In this document: piece after piece, positions 62,845 through 64,000 of the stretch
Layout of the letters: the number at the start of each line of letters is the position of its first letter
Numbering within the stretch: position 1 is the first letter of the stretch
NCBI GenBank assembly: GCA_002269645.1
Contig: NIVC01001585.1
Span: forward strand, 201,421 to 265,420
DNA length: 64,000 nt
Source: Macrostomum lignano
Lineage: Eukaryota
Direction: 5' to 3'
The notes under the pieces: model-generated
Databases searched by the model: none
What the model was told of the DNA's origin: nothing
Seen by the model: the letters and a program-made list of their open reading frames with translations, nothing else
Translations under genes and position numbers: made by a program

Positions 62845-64000
62845 CCTACGAGCACACAAAATTAACCAATTTGAATGAGCAAAACTTATCTTCTCTGCTT
62901 GATTCGGCTGCACCTTATTTTTAAAAAGATTGATAACTTCAGCAGTAATGTTGACGGCTATTCGTACTTACTTAGTTTTTCAGTTTTTATAGGCCTAGGA
63001 CAATTAACAGAAAATTGTACAGTATATATATACATGCAATTGTGTAGATTTTACAAACAGTGCACTGCTTTTTACTTTTTTGAAGATAGAGAACATCCTG
63101 GGCCATTCTGTTATAGGGCATAATCATGTTTGTTCAAGTTACTAGGGATGCTGATCGGCCAATCAAAGATTTAGTTAAAACGGCCCTTTTAGGGGTTTTT
63201 CAAAGAATTAGCTAGTCTGATCTCTGTTGGTGCGCACGTCACCAGGGCGCCTTGTTTAGATTTCTACATACTACATTATTTATGTAGATCTTCATTTTAG
63301 TATATATGAGAGAATTATGCACAAATGTTATGTGTAATTATCCAGCTTTGTAACTGCAATGTAACACATGAATGTAATTAAATTTGAATAGAAATGAGCA
63401 AATACGGTATCATCAAAGTAAGAGTCAATATCAATCGTCAGACTTAATCGACTTGGATCTCAACGCAAGGTTTAAAAAGTTAATAGTTAAAAAAAGTTAA
63501 ATCTTATATACTTTGACCTAAAAATAAAATATTTTTTCTGATTTCTACACAAAATTAAAGGTTGGACATGCATCGAACGCATATTTTTCAAATGTGTTCA
63601 AAATTCAAAATAAAATTGTAGAACATGTCAACCAAACACAGCATAGGAAACATATTTATCGACATGGCATAAAAATTGTGCAACAATAAGGTTTAGCTAT
63701 AGAAGAAGTTGCGCAGTGATTTAATGGAAAATGCGATTGAAAATGAGTTCATCGAGAAATGAGAATAATGACATACGACTACGAGTATATGACAAAGTTG
63801 CAGACTTATTGACATAACGCAAGATGAAACGAAATCCGACTATAAGAGTGAGTATACAAAATAAGAAAACGCATTTTAAAGCCACTTATTACAACGTCTT
63901 TATTGAATTTTGAATTTTCAAAGCAAATAATTTATTTGAGGCGGCAAAAGCCATCAGAAAAAAACTGTCTAGTATGGTTTTTAGGTTTTCTGTGCTGGAG

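Overview
This is eukaryotic (metazoan) genomic DNA with no prokaryotic features. It has GC-rich exons with poly-Ala/Gln/Pro tracts, GT-AG introns and about 35 different tandem-repeat arrays covering roughly 19 kb (~30%, hand estimate). That style suggests a free-living flatworm such as Macrostomum, which is inference only. Genes reconstructed by hand from splice sites and phase: (1) last two exons of a single-pass membrane protein, + strand, 635-2223; (2) FoxD with an intron splitting the forkhead domain, +, 14028-17452, alone in a ~27 kb gene desert; (3) a PDZ-like/coiled-coil gene, +, 29653-32206; (4) an ANKRD34/63-like ankyrin gene, +, 33497-38343; (5) a Pro/Arg/Ser-rich gene with one homopolymer frameshift, +, 39074-41341; (6) CFAP70/TTC18, minus strand, 42910-55809, with 13 core exons plus 2 candidate cassette exons; (7) a folate-receptor-family, probably GPI-anchored protein, +, 57397-58737; (8) histone H2B with two homopolymer frameshifts, minus strand, 61849-62214. 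The last 5 kb looks like a decayed histone cluster: five histone 3' stem-loop motifs but only one recognisable histone CDS, a duplicated ~600-bp spacer, and an inserted Harbinger-derived element. Also present are a 152-bp hAT-type MITE and a probable decayed Penelope-like retroelement ending in a degenerate minimal hammerhead ribozyme. Most long ORFs in the supplied track are translations of tandem repeats. I found no convincing wholly new biological system; the findings are testable leads.
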